A stretch of 25,662 nucleotides of DNA from Deinococcales bacterium. GTDB taxonomy: Bacteria; Deinococcota; Deinococci; Deinococcales; JAAFIG01. The stretch's first letter is position 1. Each line of letters opens with the position of its first letter. The stretch lies in NCBI GenBank assembly GCA_043778225.1, contig JAYWGM010000043.1, positions 1 to 25,662 on the forward strand. Direction: 5' to 3'. Both the position numbers and the translations under genes were made by a program. Positions 17,857-25,662 of this stretch are shown in pieces. Below the pieces are notes generated by a model. That model was not told the DNA's origin and did no database searches. It saw only the letters and a list, made by a program, of their open reading frames with translations.

Positions 17857-17883
17857 TCGAGCAGCCTAAAGCTACCTCATGAG

Positions 17884-17946
17884 ACAAGATGTGATTTTCT
17901 TGGATGCAACAAGATGTGATTTTCTTGGATGCAACAAGATGTGATT
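17884..17946. repeat. 25-bp tandem repeat, about 2.5 copies
   Basis: ACAAGATGTGATTTTCTTGGATGCA twice, plus ACAAGATGTGATT. Confidence 0.95.
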
Positions 17947-17997
17947 CTCGAGATTGCCGAACCAAAGTAACCCCAAGATGTTTTATAATTATCCTTC

Positions 17998-19782
17998 ATG
18001 AGCCAAATTCAATTGCCGCAGTGGAACACCAGCGCTTTTTACCCCAGTCTCGAGTCAGCCGAATTCATCGCCGATTTTCAAGGGCTGTTTGTCGATTTAA
18101 GCAGCCTCGAGACACTTTTTGAGCAGCACCAAATTGCACGGCTCGAGTCTGCACCAGACCCAAGCAACAGCGCCCAAGCGCTTGAGGCAATTTTAAGCAG
18201 CATGAATGCACTTATCAACCAAGTTCGTTTGGTGCAGGGGTTTATCAGTTGTTTTACCAGTACCGATTCACGCAACGACCAAGCCCAAGCCAAAGCCTCG
18301 GAGTTACAACTTTTTTATGTGCGGCAATCTAAACTTGGTACACGCTTAGCCAGTTGGGTCGGGAGCATTGATTTGGCTGGCACATTGCAATACTCAAGCA
18401 TGGCTCGAGATTACCAATTTACTTTAGAAAAAATGCAGTTTGCCGCCAGCCACCAAATGAGTCCTCTCGAGGAAGACCTGAAAAGCAGCCTTGCGCCCAG
18501 TGCTTCAAGTGCTTGGGCAAGACTACACGGCAATATCGTCAGTCGGCTCGAGGTGGTGGTGCAGGGTGAGCAAATCCCGATGAGCGCCACCCGAGCCGCC
18601 GCTCGAAGCCCCGACGCAGCTAAGCGCCAAGCGGCTTACTTGGCAGAACTCGAGGCTTGGCAAACCGTTGAAGTGCCTTTGGCGGCTGCCCTGAACAGCA
18701 TTAAAGGCGAAGTTGGTTTGGTCAATGCGCGGCGCGGCTACAGCGACTTTCTCGAGCCAAGTTTACAGGGTGCGAATATCGACCGAGCCACCTTAAACGC
18801 CATGCACCAAGCCTGCACCGAATCGTTTCCAGATTTTCGGCGTTACTTAAAAGCCAAAGCCAAGTTCTTAGGTTCGAGTGCCTTAACTTGGTGGGATATG
18901 CTCGCGCCGGTTGGCAATCCCGGGCGGTCATGGGAATGGGCAGAAGGCACAGAATTTATTGCCCAGCAATTTGGCACATACAGCCCAAAACTCGAGGCGT
19001 TTGCACGGCGCAGTTTATCCCAAGGCTGGATAGATGCTGCCCCACGCCCCGGTAAGCGCGATGGGGCGTTCTGCATGGGTGTTCGCGGCGATGAAAGCCG
19101 TATTTTAATGAACTTTGAACCGAGTTTGGATAGTTTATCCACTTTGGCACACGAACTTGGGCATGGGTATCACAACCTCTGCCTCAAAGACCGAGCCGCA
19201 CTGCAACGCCAAACCCCGATGACCCTTGCCGAAACCGCCAGTATTTTTTGCGAAACGATCGTTTCAAATGCTGCTCTAAAAACCGCTTCTGGACTCGAGA
19301 AACTCTATATCCTAGACACCGAACTGCAAGGGCAAGCCCAAGTCGTGATGGATATTCACAGCCGCTTTTTGTTTGAATCCGAAGTTTTTAAGCGCCGCCA
19401 AGCCCGTGAGTTATCGGTCGCTGAATTCAAAAATCTGATGCTCGAGGCACAAGCCCAGACCTACGGTGACGGTTTAGACCCCAGCACCTATCACCCCTAT
19501 ATGTGGGCGGTCAAAGGGCATTATTACAGTGCTGGTCTAAGTTTTTACAACTATCCCTACACCTTTGGCTTGTTGTTTGGTTTAGGGTTATATGCCCAGT
19601 ATGAGCAAACCCCAGATGATTTCAAAACCAAATATGACACCTTGCTCTCGAGTACCGGACTTGCCGATGCCGCGACGCTTGCCAGTGGCTTTGGGATAAA
19701 CATTCGCACCCCAGATTTTTGGCGTGCCAGTCTTGGACAAATTCGCAATCGGATAGACGAATTCTGCGCTTTGGTTGGCTAG
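17998..19782 (+). CDS. pepF: Oligoendopeptidase F (peptidase M3B)
   Basis: WIDAAPRPGKRDGAFC, zinc motif TLAHELGHGYH, LAETASIFCE and FYNYPYTFG. Confidence 0.93.
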   Translation: MSQIQLPQWNTSAFYPSLESAEFIADFQGLFVDLSSLETLFEQHQIARLESAPDPSNSAQALEAILSSMNALINQVRLVQGFISCFTSTDSRNDQAQAKASELQLFYVRQSKLGTRLASWVGSIDLAGTLQYSSMARDYQFTLEKMQFAASHQMSPLEEDLKSSLAPSASSAWARLHGNIVSRLEVVVQGEQIPMSATRAAARSPDAAKRQAAYLAELEAWQTVEVPLAAALNSIKGEVGLVNARRGYSDFLEPSLQGANIDRATLNAMHQACTESFPDFRRYLKAKAKFLGSSALTWWDMLAPVGNPGRSWEWAEGTEFIAQQFGTYSPKLEAFARRSLSQGWIDAAPRPGKRDGAFCMGVRGDESRILMNFEPSLDSLSTLAHELGHGYHNLCLKDRAALQRQTPMTLAETASIFCETIVSNAALKTASGLEKLYILDTELQGQAQVVMDIHSRFLFESEVFKRRQARELSVAEFKNLMLEAQAQTYGDGLDPSTYHPYMWAVKGHYYSAGLSFYNYPYTFGLLFGLGLYAQYEQTPDDFKTKYDTLLSSTGLADAATLASGFGINIRTPDFWRASLGQIRNRIDEFCALVG

Positions 19783-19802
19783 GATTTTTTTTGAATAATG
19801 CT

Positions 19803-21152
19803 ATGCAAAATCGTTTGCTCGAGACCATTCAATCTTTAGGGGGTCAACTCTATTTGGTTGGTGGCTCGGTGCGTGATGGCTTGCTTGGGCTTTCGGTTAA
19901 AGATGCCGATTATGTGGTCACGGGAATTAAATTCTCGAGCCTCAAAAGTAACCTCGAGACATGGGCGCAAGTCAATGTGGTTGGAGCAAGTTTTGGGGTC
20001 TTAAAAGTCTCGAGCCAAGGCAGCACCATCGATGTTGCCTTGCCGCGCACCGAGCGCAGCACTGGCATTCATCACCGAGATTTTGAAGTCAGTTTTGACT
20101 CGAGTTTGCCAATACAAGCTGACTTGGCACGGCGCGATTTTACAGTCAACGCTATGGCGCTGCGCTTGTCGGACAACGTGCTGATAGACCCTTTTGGTGG
20201 TCAATCCGACCTCGAGCAAAAAATTCTAAAAGCCGTCGGCAATCCTTTTGATCGTTTTACCGAAGACCCCTTACGAATGTTGCGCTTGGCGCGGTTTGTG
20301 GCAAAACTGGGTTTTACGGTCGAAACCCAAACCAAAAAAGCCACCCAAGACTTGGCACATTTGGTCAGCAGTGTGGCGGCAGAGCGAATTCAATCCGAAT
20401 TACTGGGGCTGCTTAGCAGTCAAAAAAATCTTTTAACCGCCTTGCGTTTACTGCGCGATACGGGTTTACTCGAGCAGATTATTCCAGAATATGCGGTTTG
20501 TATCGGTTTTGAGCAGCAAAACCCGCATCATCATTTGACCCTCGATGAGCATCAGTTTGTCACCGTGCAGTTTGCCCAAAATGCCAGCCTCGAGACCAAA
20601 CTGGCTGGCTTATTGCACGATATGGCTAAGCCAGCCACCCAAGTTTTTGGTTTGGATGGTGTGGCGCATTATTACCATCATGAAACCCGAAGTGCAGATA
20701 TAACTCGAGAAATTTTGCTGCGCTTAAAATGCAGTCATCAAATGCTCGAGACGGTGGTCAAACTGGTAGGCAATCATATGCGCCCACCGATTCCAAGCAG
20801 CCAAAAAGCTTTGCGTAAATTTGTCAACGACCTTGGGCTGTCTTGGGGAGATGCCCTTGAGTTACGCCGTGCCGACCGCTTAGCCCATGCACCAGAAGAT
20901 TGGGATGCCGATGTCTGGCTCGAGGAAACACGGCAGCTTTGCGCCAGTTTTCCAGCCGACCTTGAAATGTTTGACGAACGGCAACTGGCGGTCTCTGGCA
21001 TAGAACTGATCGAGCGTTTTGGGCTGTCGGGCGCTAAAATTGGCGCTGCTAAAAAAGCGGCTGCCAGCGCGATTATTGAGGGCGAACTCGAGAACGAAAA
21101 AAGTGCTATTTTGGCTTGGCTCGAGACACAATTGCAAAAAGAAGACGCTTAA
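19803..21152 (+). CDS. CCA-adding/poly(A) polymerase family tRNA nucleotidyltransferase with HD domain
   Basis: LVGGSVRD..DADY, DLARRDFTVNAMA, EDPLRMLR, ERI..E and LLHDMAKP. ATG 19803 is preferred over 19719, which lies inside pepF. Confidence 0.92.
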   Translation: MQNRLLETIQSLGGQLYLVGGSVRDGLLGLSVKDADYVVTGIKFSSLKSNLETWAQVNVVGASFGVLKVSSQGSTIDVALPRTERSTGIHHRDFEVSFDSSLPIQADLARRDFTVNAMALRLSDNVLIDPFGGQSDLEQKILKAVGNPFDRFTEDPLRMLRLARFVAKLGFTVETQTKKATQDLAHLVSSVAAERIQSELLGLLSSQKNLLTALRLLRDTGLLEQIIPEYAVCIGFEQQNPHHHLTLDEHQFVTVQFAQNASLETKLAGLLHDMAKPATQVFGLDGVAHYYHHETRSADITREILLRLKCSHQMLETVVKLVGNHMRPPIPSSQKALRKFVNDLGLSWGDALELRRADRLAHAPEDWDADVWLEETRQLCASFPADLEMFDERQLAVSGIELIERFGLSGAKIGAAKKAAASAIIEGELENEKSAILAWLETQLQKEDA

Positions 21153-21171
21153 TTTGAAGCGTCTTCTTTTT
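21136..21171. terminator. Bidirectional intrinsic terminator
   Basis: AAAAAGAAGACGCTT-AATTTG-AAGCGTCTTCTTTTT, a perfect 15-bp inverted repeat between convergent genes. Confidence 0.9.
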
Positions 21172-21180
21172 ACAAAATTT

Positions 21181-21315
21181 AAGTATCTCCCGTCTACATT
21201 TTAGAATTTTCAAGAATCGGCAATTCTGTCATTACGACGGCAGATACGTCGTCCCCACTCCTTCTAGTCGCAAAATATTTTAGCAAAAAGCGCTAAAATA
21301 TTTCGGGATGTACTT
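21181..21315 (-). repeat. Second multi-hairpin element, with imperfect terminal inverted repeats
   Basis: Ends AAGTATCTCCCG (21181) and CGGGATGTACTT (21304-21315) match 10/12. Perfect hairpin AAATATTTTAGC-N7-GCTAAAATATTT (21273-21303). CGAC-N5-GGAGTGG on the minus strand. Confidence 0.6.
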
Positions 21316-22267
21316 AGAATTGAAAAGCGGCTGGAATAAATTCGTAGCCACCAAAATTGCGGCGGCGGATGTAGCCAACTCCCGGGAATGGAAAATGGTA
21401 GCCCGTGACCAGCATTTTTTCGGCTGCCACCCGACGGAAAATCTCGGCTCGAGTTTTGACCGCTTGTGGTTTATCGCTGTCAAAGCCAAGGTAAGCACTT
21501 GGATAATTGAGGCTTAACAAAAAGTGTCCGGCGGCATCGCCCATCAGCATCATCTGGCTTGTGCCACTCGAGACCAATACACTTTGATGCCCAAGGGTGT
21601 GACCGGGTGTGCCAACGGTGGTCAGTCCGGGTACGATTTCTGCGCCATTGCCAATCAGTTTAAGTTTAGCGCTCTGTGAAACAATGTTTTTGACGATTCC
21701 AGCCCCAACCGCGCCAGTGGCTGGTTTGGTCCAGAAGGTGTGTTCGGTTTCGCCAGCGATTAACTGGGCTTTTGGAAAAACAGCTTGGGTTTGGGCATTG
21801 GTCAGACCATTGATGTGGTCGCCGTGAAAATGGGTCAGGTAAACGGTATCAATATCTTCTGGTTTATAACCCGCCAGAGCCAAGTGGTTCAGTAAGCGCC
21901 CAGTTGGTGCATTGGCATTGACTCCGTTGCCTGAATCTATCAAGACTTTATTTTTTCCAGTGTCCACCAAAACCGGATGAAAATTGTTGCGAACGGCTGC
22001 CACATCAATATAATTGGCTTTGAGCGTGGCTTTGAATTCGTCTTGGAGTTCTGGATTTGCGCCCCAGTTTGGCAACAGCGCCGCAGGGTTGCCTTGACCA
22101 TCGGACAGCACCACAACTGTAAACTCGCCAACCTTGATGCGGTTAAAACCAGCCCCGTTAGGAATAACCAAGTTACTTTGTGCGTTGCTCACACTGATTC
22201 CACCGATGCTGGCGGCTGCACCAGCCAAGCCAAAAGTCTTTAATGCCTCGCGTCTCGAGATACCCAT
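21314..22267 (-). CDS. Tat-exported MBL-fold metallo-hydrolase
   Basis: SRREALK Tat motif, THFHGDHING, TPGHTLGH, GDA and YHFPFPG. AAGGAG RBS. Confidence 0.92.
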   Translation of the reverse strand: MGISRREALKTFGLAGAAASIGGISVSNAQSNLVIPNGAGFNRIKVGEFTVVVLSDGQGNPAALLPNWGANPELQDEFKATLKANYIDVAAVRNNFHPVLVDTGKNKVLIDSGNGVNANAPTGRLLNHLALAGYKPEDIDTVYLTHFHGDHINGLTNAQTQAVFPKAQLIAGETEHTFWTKPATGAVGAGIVKNIVSQSAKLKLIGNGAEIVPGLTTVGTPGHTLGHQSVLVSSGTSQMMLMGDAAGHFLLSLNYPSAYLGFDSDKPQAVKTRAEIFRRVAAEKMLVTGYHFPFPGVGYIRRRNFGGYEFIPAAFQF

Positions 22268-22368
22268 AGTTGCTCCTTTTATTTCTATTAGAAGTTACTC
22301 GAGAAAACAATTTGGCACTGCTTTACAGAATACCTTAAAGCTGTGCCTCTGACCACGATTAGGCAGCA

Positions 22369-22917
22369 TCACAAACTCAGAATTGGTAGGGTTTGCATCA
22401 CCGCAATCTCTATTTTTGGTTGTCCATGACTAAACGCCGCTACCCGCCCGTGTGGTTTTCCGCCAGCCCGCAAAATCATTTTCTCGAGCGACAAAACTGT
22501 ACCACCACTTGCCACCACATCCAGCACAATCGTGACTTTTTTGCCACGCAGTTTCTCGGCATGGCGCAAATCCAACCACAGGGTTTCGCCAACCCCAAGG
22601 GTCATGCTTTGGACATCTTGAATAATCGGGTCGTGCATATACGGACGACGGCGTTTACGCGCCACTTCGTAGGGCAAATCCATCATTTCTGCCAGCGAAT
22701 GCACATAAGGAATACTCGAGGTTTCACAAGTAAACAGGATTTGAGTCCCTTCTGGAATCAAATTCACCGTGGCTTTAGCCGCCGCCAAAGCCAATTGGGT
22801 ATCGCCCAGAAACTCAACCAAGGGCAAACGAGTGGTTGGTGTGGGTCGCACCAATGGTAATTCACGGCTGAGGTGTCCAATCGTTAGGGTAAAAGTTTCT
22901 GTCGGGCTGGCGGTCAT
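22369..22917 (-). CDS. Adenine phosphoribosyltransferase homolog, possibly non-catalytic
   Basis: LPLVEFLGD, VARKRRRPYM and a degenerate PRPP loop VLDVVASGGT. AAGGAG RBS. Confidence 0.8.
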   Translation of the reverse strand: MTASPTETFTLTIGHLSRELPLVRPTPTTRLPLVEFLGDTQLALAAAKATVNLIPEGTQILFTCETSSIPYVHSLAEMMDLPYEVARKRRRPYMHDPIIQDVQSMTLGVGETLWLDLRHAEKLRGKKVTIVLDVVASGGTVLSLEKMILRAGGKPHGRVAAFSHGQPKIEIAVMQTLPILSL

Positions 22918-22947
22918 AAAACTCCTTTTGAACTTGAGAAATATTTT

Positions 22948-23481
22948 CTACTCGAGGTACAACGGTAAATGCCCAAGCGCAATCACATCATCTCGAGGGT
23001 CGCCCTCGGTAAAGACTGCCAAAGTGGCATTGACCGAGCCGCCAATTTCGGTAATTAACGCCGTTAGGCTACGCAATGTCCCGCCAGTGCTGACCACATC
23101 ATCAATCACGGCTACGCTTTTACCCTTAATTTTTGGAATATCAAAACCATCAATCACCAAGAGTTGCGGTTTACCAGTGGTGATGCTTAAAACTTCTCGA
23201 GTGACTGGATTGTGCATATAGGGCTTTTGGGTTTTACGCGCCACAATGTAGGGAATCCCCAGAATTCTCGAGATAACGTGTGCCAAGGTGACAGCTTTGA
23301 CTTCCGGTGTGACCAAGACTTCTACGCCGCTTGGAATCAGGGCAGCCAAGGTTTTACCAGCTTCTTCGGTCAATTCGGTATCGCCAAGCAGATTTAAGAG
23401 TGCCACCGAGACACCGGGCGCAACGCTAATCACGGGGAGTTCACGGTGTAACGAACCAATTTGTACAGAATGAGTTTTCAC
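22948..23481 (-). CDS. Adenine/purine phosphoribosyltransferase
   Basis: Canonical PRPP loop [11 protein letters not shown] and [13 protein letters not shown] 23481 is preferred as start (TACAAT 8 nt upstream). Confidence 0.88.
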   Translation of the reverse strand: MKTHSVQIGSLHRELPVISVAPGVSVALLNLLGDTELTEEAGKTLAALIPSGVEVLVTPEVKAVTLAHVISRILGIPYIVARKTQKPYMHNPVTREVLSITTGKPQLLVIDGFDIPKIKGKSVAVIDDVVSTGGTLRSLTALITEIGGSVNATLAVFTEGDPRDDVIALGHLPLYLE

Positions 23482-23580
23482 GATTTTGTATTGTACCGCG
23501 TTCGGCTGCAAAAATTGTGGGTATGAGCCTCATGGGCTTCTTAGCGTATAATACCTGATGCACCCAACGAAGGAGACCCC

Positions 23581-24189
23581 ATGAAATACCCAAATGCACT
23601 GATTCAACTTATCCGCGAACTCTCGAGATTGCCCGGCGTGGGTCCAAAAAGCGCCCAACGCTTGGCATTTCATCTGTTTGCGAGTCCCAAAGAGGATGTC
23701 GAAATTTTGGCGCAAGCCCTGCTTGAGGCAAAAACCCAGTTAAAACTCTGCCCAGTTTGCTTTAACATCACCGATAAAGAACTCTGTGCCGTTTGCGAAG
23801 ACACCAAGCGCGACCAAAACACGATTTGTGTGGTCGAAGAACCCGGCGATGTGATTGCGATTGAGCGCAGTGGCGAATTTGACGGGCTGTACCATGTGCT
23901 GCATGGCGTACTTAGCCCAATGAACGGAGTCGGACCAGACCAACTTAAAATAAAATCTTTAATCGAGCGCACCAAAAAGTTTCTTGAGGCAGGCACACTC
24001 GAAGTTATTTTAGCCACCAGTACCACAGTCGAGGGCGATGCCACCAGCCTCCACATACAGCGCAACCTCGAGCCACTGGGCGCAAATGTGACTCGGATTG
24101 CGTATGGCTTACCCGTGGGCGGTTCGCTCGAGTATGCCGATGAGATTACGCTTGGCAGGGCGATTGCTGGGCGGCAAAAAGTGCGCTAA
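23581..24189 (+). CDS. recR: Recombination mediator protein RecR
   Basis: LPGVGPKSAQRLAFHL, C4 zinc finger CPVC..CAVC, Toprim YHVLHG and RIAYGLPVGGSLEYADE. AAGGAG RBS. Confidence 0.98.
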   Translation: MKYPNALIQLIRELSRLPGVGPKSAQRLAFHLFASPKEDVEILAQALLEAKTQLKLCPVCFNITDKELCAVCEDTKRDQNTICVVEEPGDVIAIERSGEFDGLYHVLHGVLSPMNGVGPDQLKIKSLIERTKKFLEAGTLEVILATSTTVEGDATSLHIQRNLEPLGANVTRIAYGLPVGGSLEYADEITLGRAIAGRQKVR

Positions 24190-25370
24190 TCTTTTTTCTC
24201 GAGCGCATCAAATAATTTATCCAAATCGGTTTTGGTGCTGTAATGCCCAATGCTGGCACGAATTGCCCCAGTTGGATATAAGCCCAGTGCGCTCATCGGC
24301 AGCATTGCGTAATAATGCCCACCCGCCACGCCAACGCCTTGCTGTCCAAGGTATTTAACCACCTCGAGCGGGTCTGCGCCAATGTTAAAGCAGAACGTGC
24401 CAACGCGGTTTTGGCTGCTTGGTTCGCCGTAGAGCGTAGCATTTGGTAAGGCTTTTAAGCGCTCCAAAGCATACTCGAGCAAGGGTTTTTCGATGGCTTC
24501 GATGCGCTCGTAAGCTCGAGCCAAGCCGCTTCGAGCCGTTAGACCATCGCCCAGTTCTTGGCGCAAATACGACAGCGTGCCAAGCCAGCCAGCCATGCCT
24601 TCATAATTGTTTGTGCCGGGTTCAAATTTTAAGAGGCTGTCGTCGGGGATAAAGTGCAGTTTTTGGGCTGGCAGTTGCTCGAGTAAGTTCTGGCGGATGT
24701 ACATAAACCCAAGGTGTGTGCCAAAAACCTTGTATGCCGAAAAAAACGCAAAATCCACATCGCTGGCTTTAACATCGGGCAGATGATGCGGACTGTCATG
24801 CACTAGGTCGTTGACCACCCAAGCCCCAACACTGTGCGCCAGTGCGGTTGCGCCAGCCACATCTGGGCGGTTGCCAAGGCTGTTGGCTGCGCCCGTGATG
24901 GCGAGTAATCGAGTGCGCTTGGTTAGTAATTTCTCGAGTTGGCTCAGTTCAAGCCGCCCCTCAGACCACGTAGCCCGCCAGATTTTGACCACACAGCCAA
25001 TTTGCTCGAGTTCGCGCCACGGACTGGCATTACACTCATGCTCAAGTTCAGAAATAATAATTTCGTCACCAGCCTTAAAAAGCCTCGAAAAGGCGCTCGA
25101 GAGCCGAAAAGTCAGGGCGGTGGCACTCGGACCAAGCACCACTTCGCTGGGGCTGCAACCAAAAAATTCGGCAGTCTCGACTCTGGTTTGGTCGCGGACG
25201 GCAGTCGAAAGCTCTGAACCCGCATAAGGCATTCCGATGTTGCAACTGGCGGACTCGAGAAAAGCCGTAATACCGGCAATACAAGCCCGTGGCACTTGTG
25301 CGCCAGCCGCGTTATCCAAAAAAGAAAACCCAGAAGCCAAAGCTGGAAAATGCTGCTTAAAATTGTCCAT
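24186..25370 (-). CDS. Class V aminotransferase / cysteine-desulfurase-like protein
   Basis: FLDNAAGAQVP, EHECNASPW, DLVH, PLP lysine FSAYKVFG, FEPGT and IRASIGHY. Confidence 0.88.
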   Translation of the reverse strand: MDNFKQHFPALASGFSFLDNAAGAQVPRACIAGITAFLESASCNIGMPYAGSELSTAVRDQTRVETAEFFGCSPSEVVLGPSATALTFRLSSAFSRLFKAGDEIIISELEHECNASPWRELEQIGCVVKIWRATWSEGRLELSQLEKLLTKRTRLLAITGAANSLGNRPDVAGATALAHSVGAWVVNDLVHDSPHHLPDVKASDVDFAFFSAYKVFGTHLGFMYIRQNLLEQLPAQKLHFIPDDSLLKFEPGTNNYEGMAGWLGTLSYLRQELGDGLTARSGLARAYERIEAIEKPLLEYALERLKALPNATLYGEPSSQNRVGTFCFNIGADPLEVVKYLGQQGVGVAGGHYYAMLPMSALGLYPTGAIRASIGHYSTKTDLDKLFDALEKKD

Positions 25371-25385
25371 GGGCAAGTTTAGCGC

Positions 25386-25433
25386 TTATTGATTGCCAAT
25401 GCCAAAAAATTTATTGAGTGCCAATGCCAAAAA
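25386..25433. repeat. 25-bp-period tandem duplication of a gene end
   Basis: TTATTGATTGCCAATGCCAAAAA (25386) versus TTATTGAGTGCCAATGCCAAAAA (25411), 22/23 identical. Confidence 0.85.
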
Positions 25434-25662
25434 TATTTTCTGGGTCAAGCTGCTGCTTTGCGCCTTTAATCCACTCGAGTCCAGCGCTGCTTTTGACATC
25501 CTTGACAAAGCTGGCTCTGAGTTTACCAATGCCATGATGATGCGAAATCGAGCCACCATGCTCGAGAATTGTTTCGCGGGCCGAATGCTCGAGAACCGCA
25601 AATTGCTCGGCTGGGTTTTTAACGCCAGTCGCTAGGGTCGCCAAGTAAAAATAAACGGCTGC
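25411..25662 (-). CDS. C-terminus of an FAD-linked oxidase (alkyl-DHAP synthase/GlcD-like); starts beyond the window
   Basis: VYFY, GGSISHHHGIGKLR and KQQLDPENIF. Confidence 0.85.
   Translation of the reverse strand, partial: AAVYFYLATLATGVKNPAEQFAVLEHSARETILEHGGSISHHHGIGKLRASFVKDVKSSAGLEWIKGAKQQLDPENIFGIGTQ

Noticed and set aside
17884..17946. Possible mini-CRISPR array
   Set aside because: Units are directly adjacent with no unique spacers, and no cas genes are in the window.
24223..24233. AAATCGGTTTT resembling the LacI operator
   Set aside because: Inside the 3' end of a coding sequence, lacks the TACT flank and is far from the locus; likely chance.

Overview
Bacterial chromosomal window, most likely from the phylum Deinococcota (inferred from the tandem APRT/APRT-homolog pair, apparent leaderless genes and the protein families). 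Bases 1-14012 hold a LacI-regulated sugar-utilisation locus. It has two GH78-type alpha-L-rhamnosidases, a beta-helix lipoprotein with two carbohydrate-binding modules, an ABC importer, a mutarotase, an aldo-keto reductase, a lactonase-type amidohydrolase and an RraA-like aldolase. An HxlR/pirin/MFS module and a CAT-anticodon tRNA follow. The rest is housekeeping: metallophosphoesterase, pepF, a CCA-type nucleotidyltransferase, an MBL hydrolase, two PRTases, recR, a cysteine-desulfurase-like gene and a partial FAD oxidase. The strongest signal not explained by these genes is the palindrome CTCGAG. I counted about 145 copies by eye against about 6 expected by chance, in all reading frames and in non-coding DNA, like a HIP1-type highly iterated palindrome. 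Two divergent multi-hairpin intergenic elements also share a CGAC-N5-GGAGTGG core. All calls come from reading the sequence; no searches were run.
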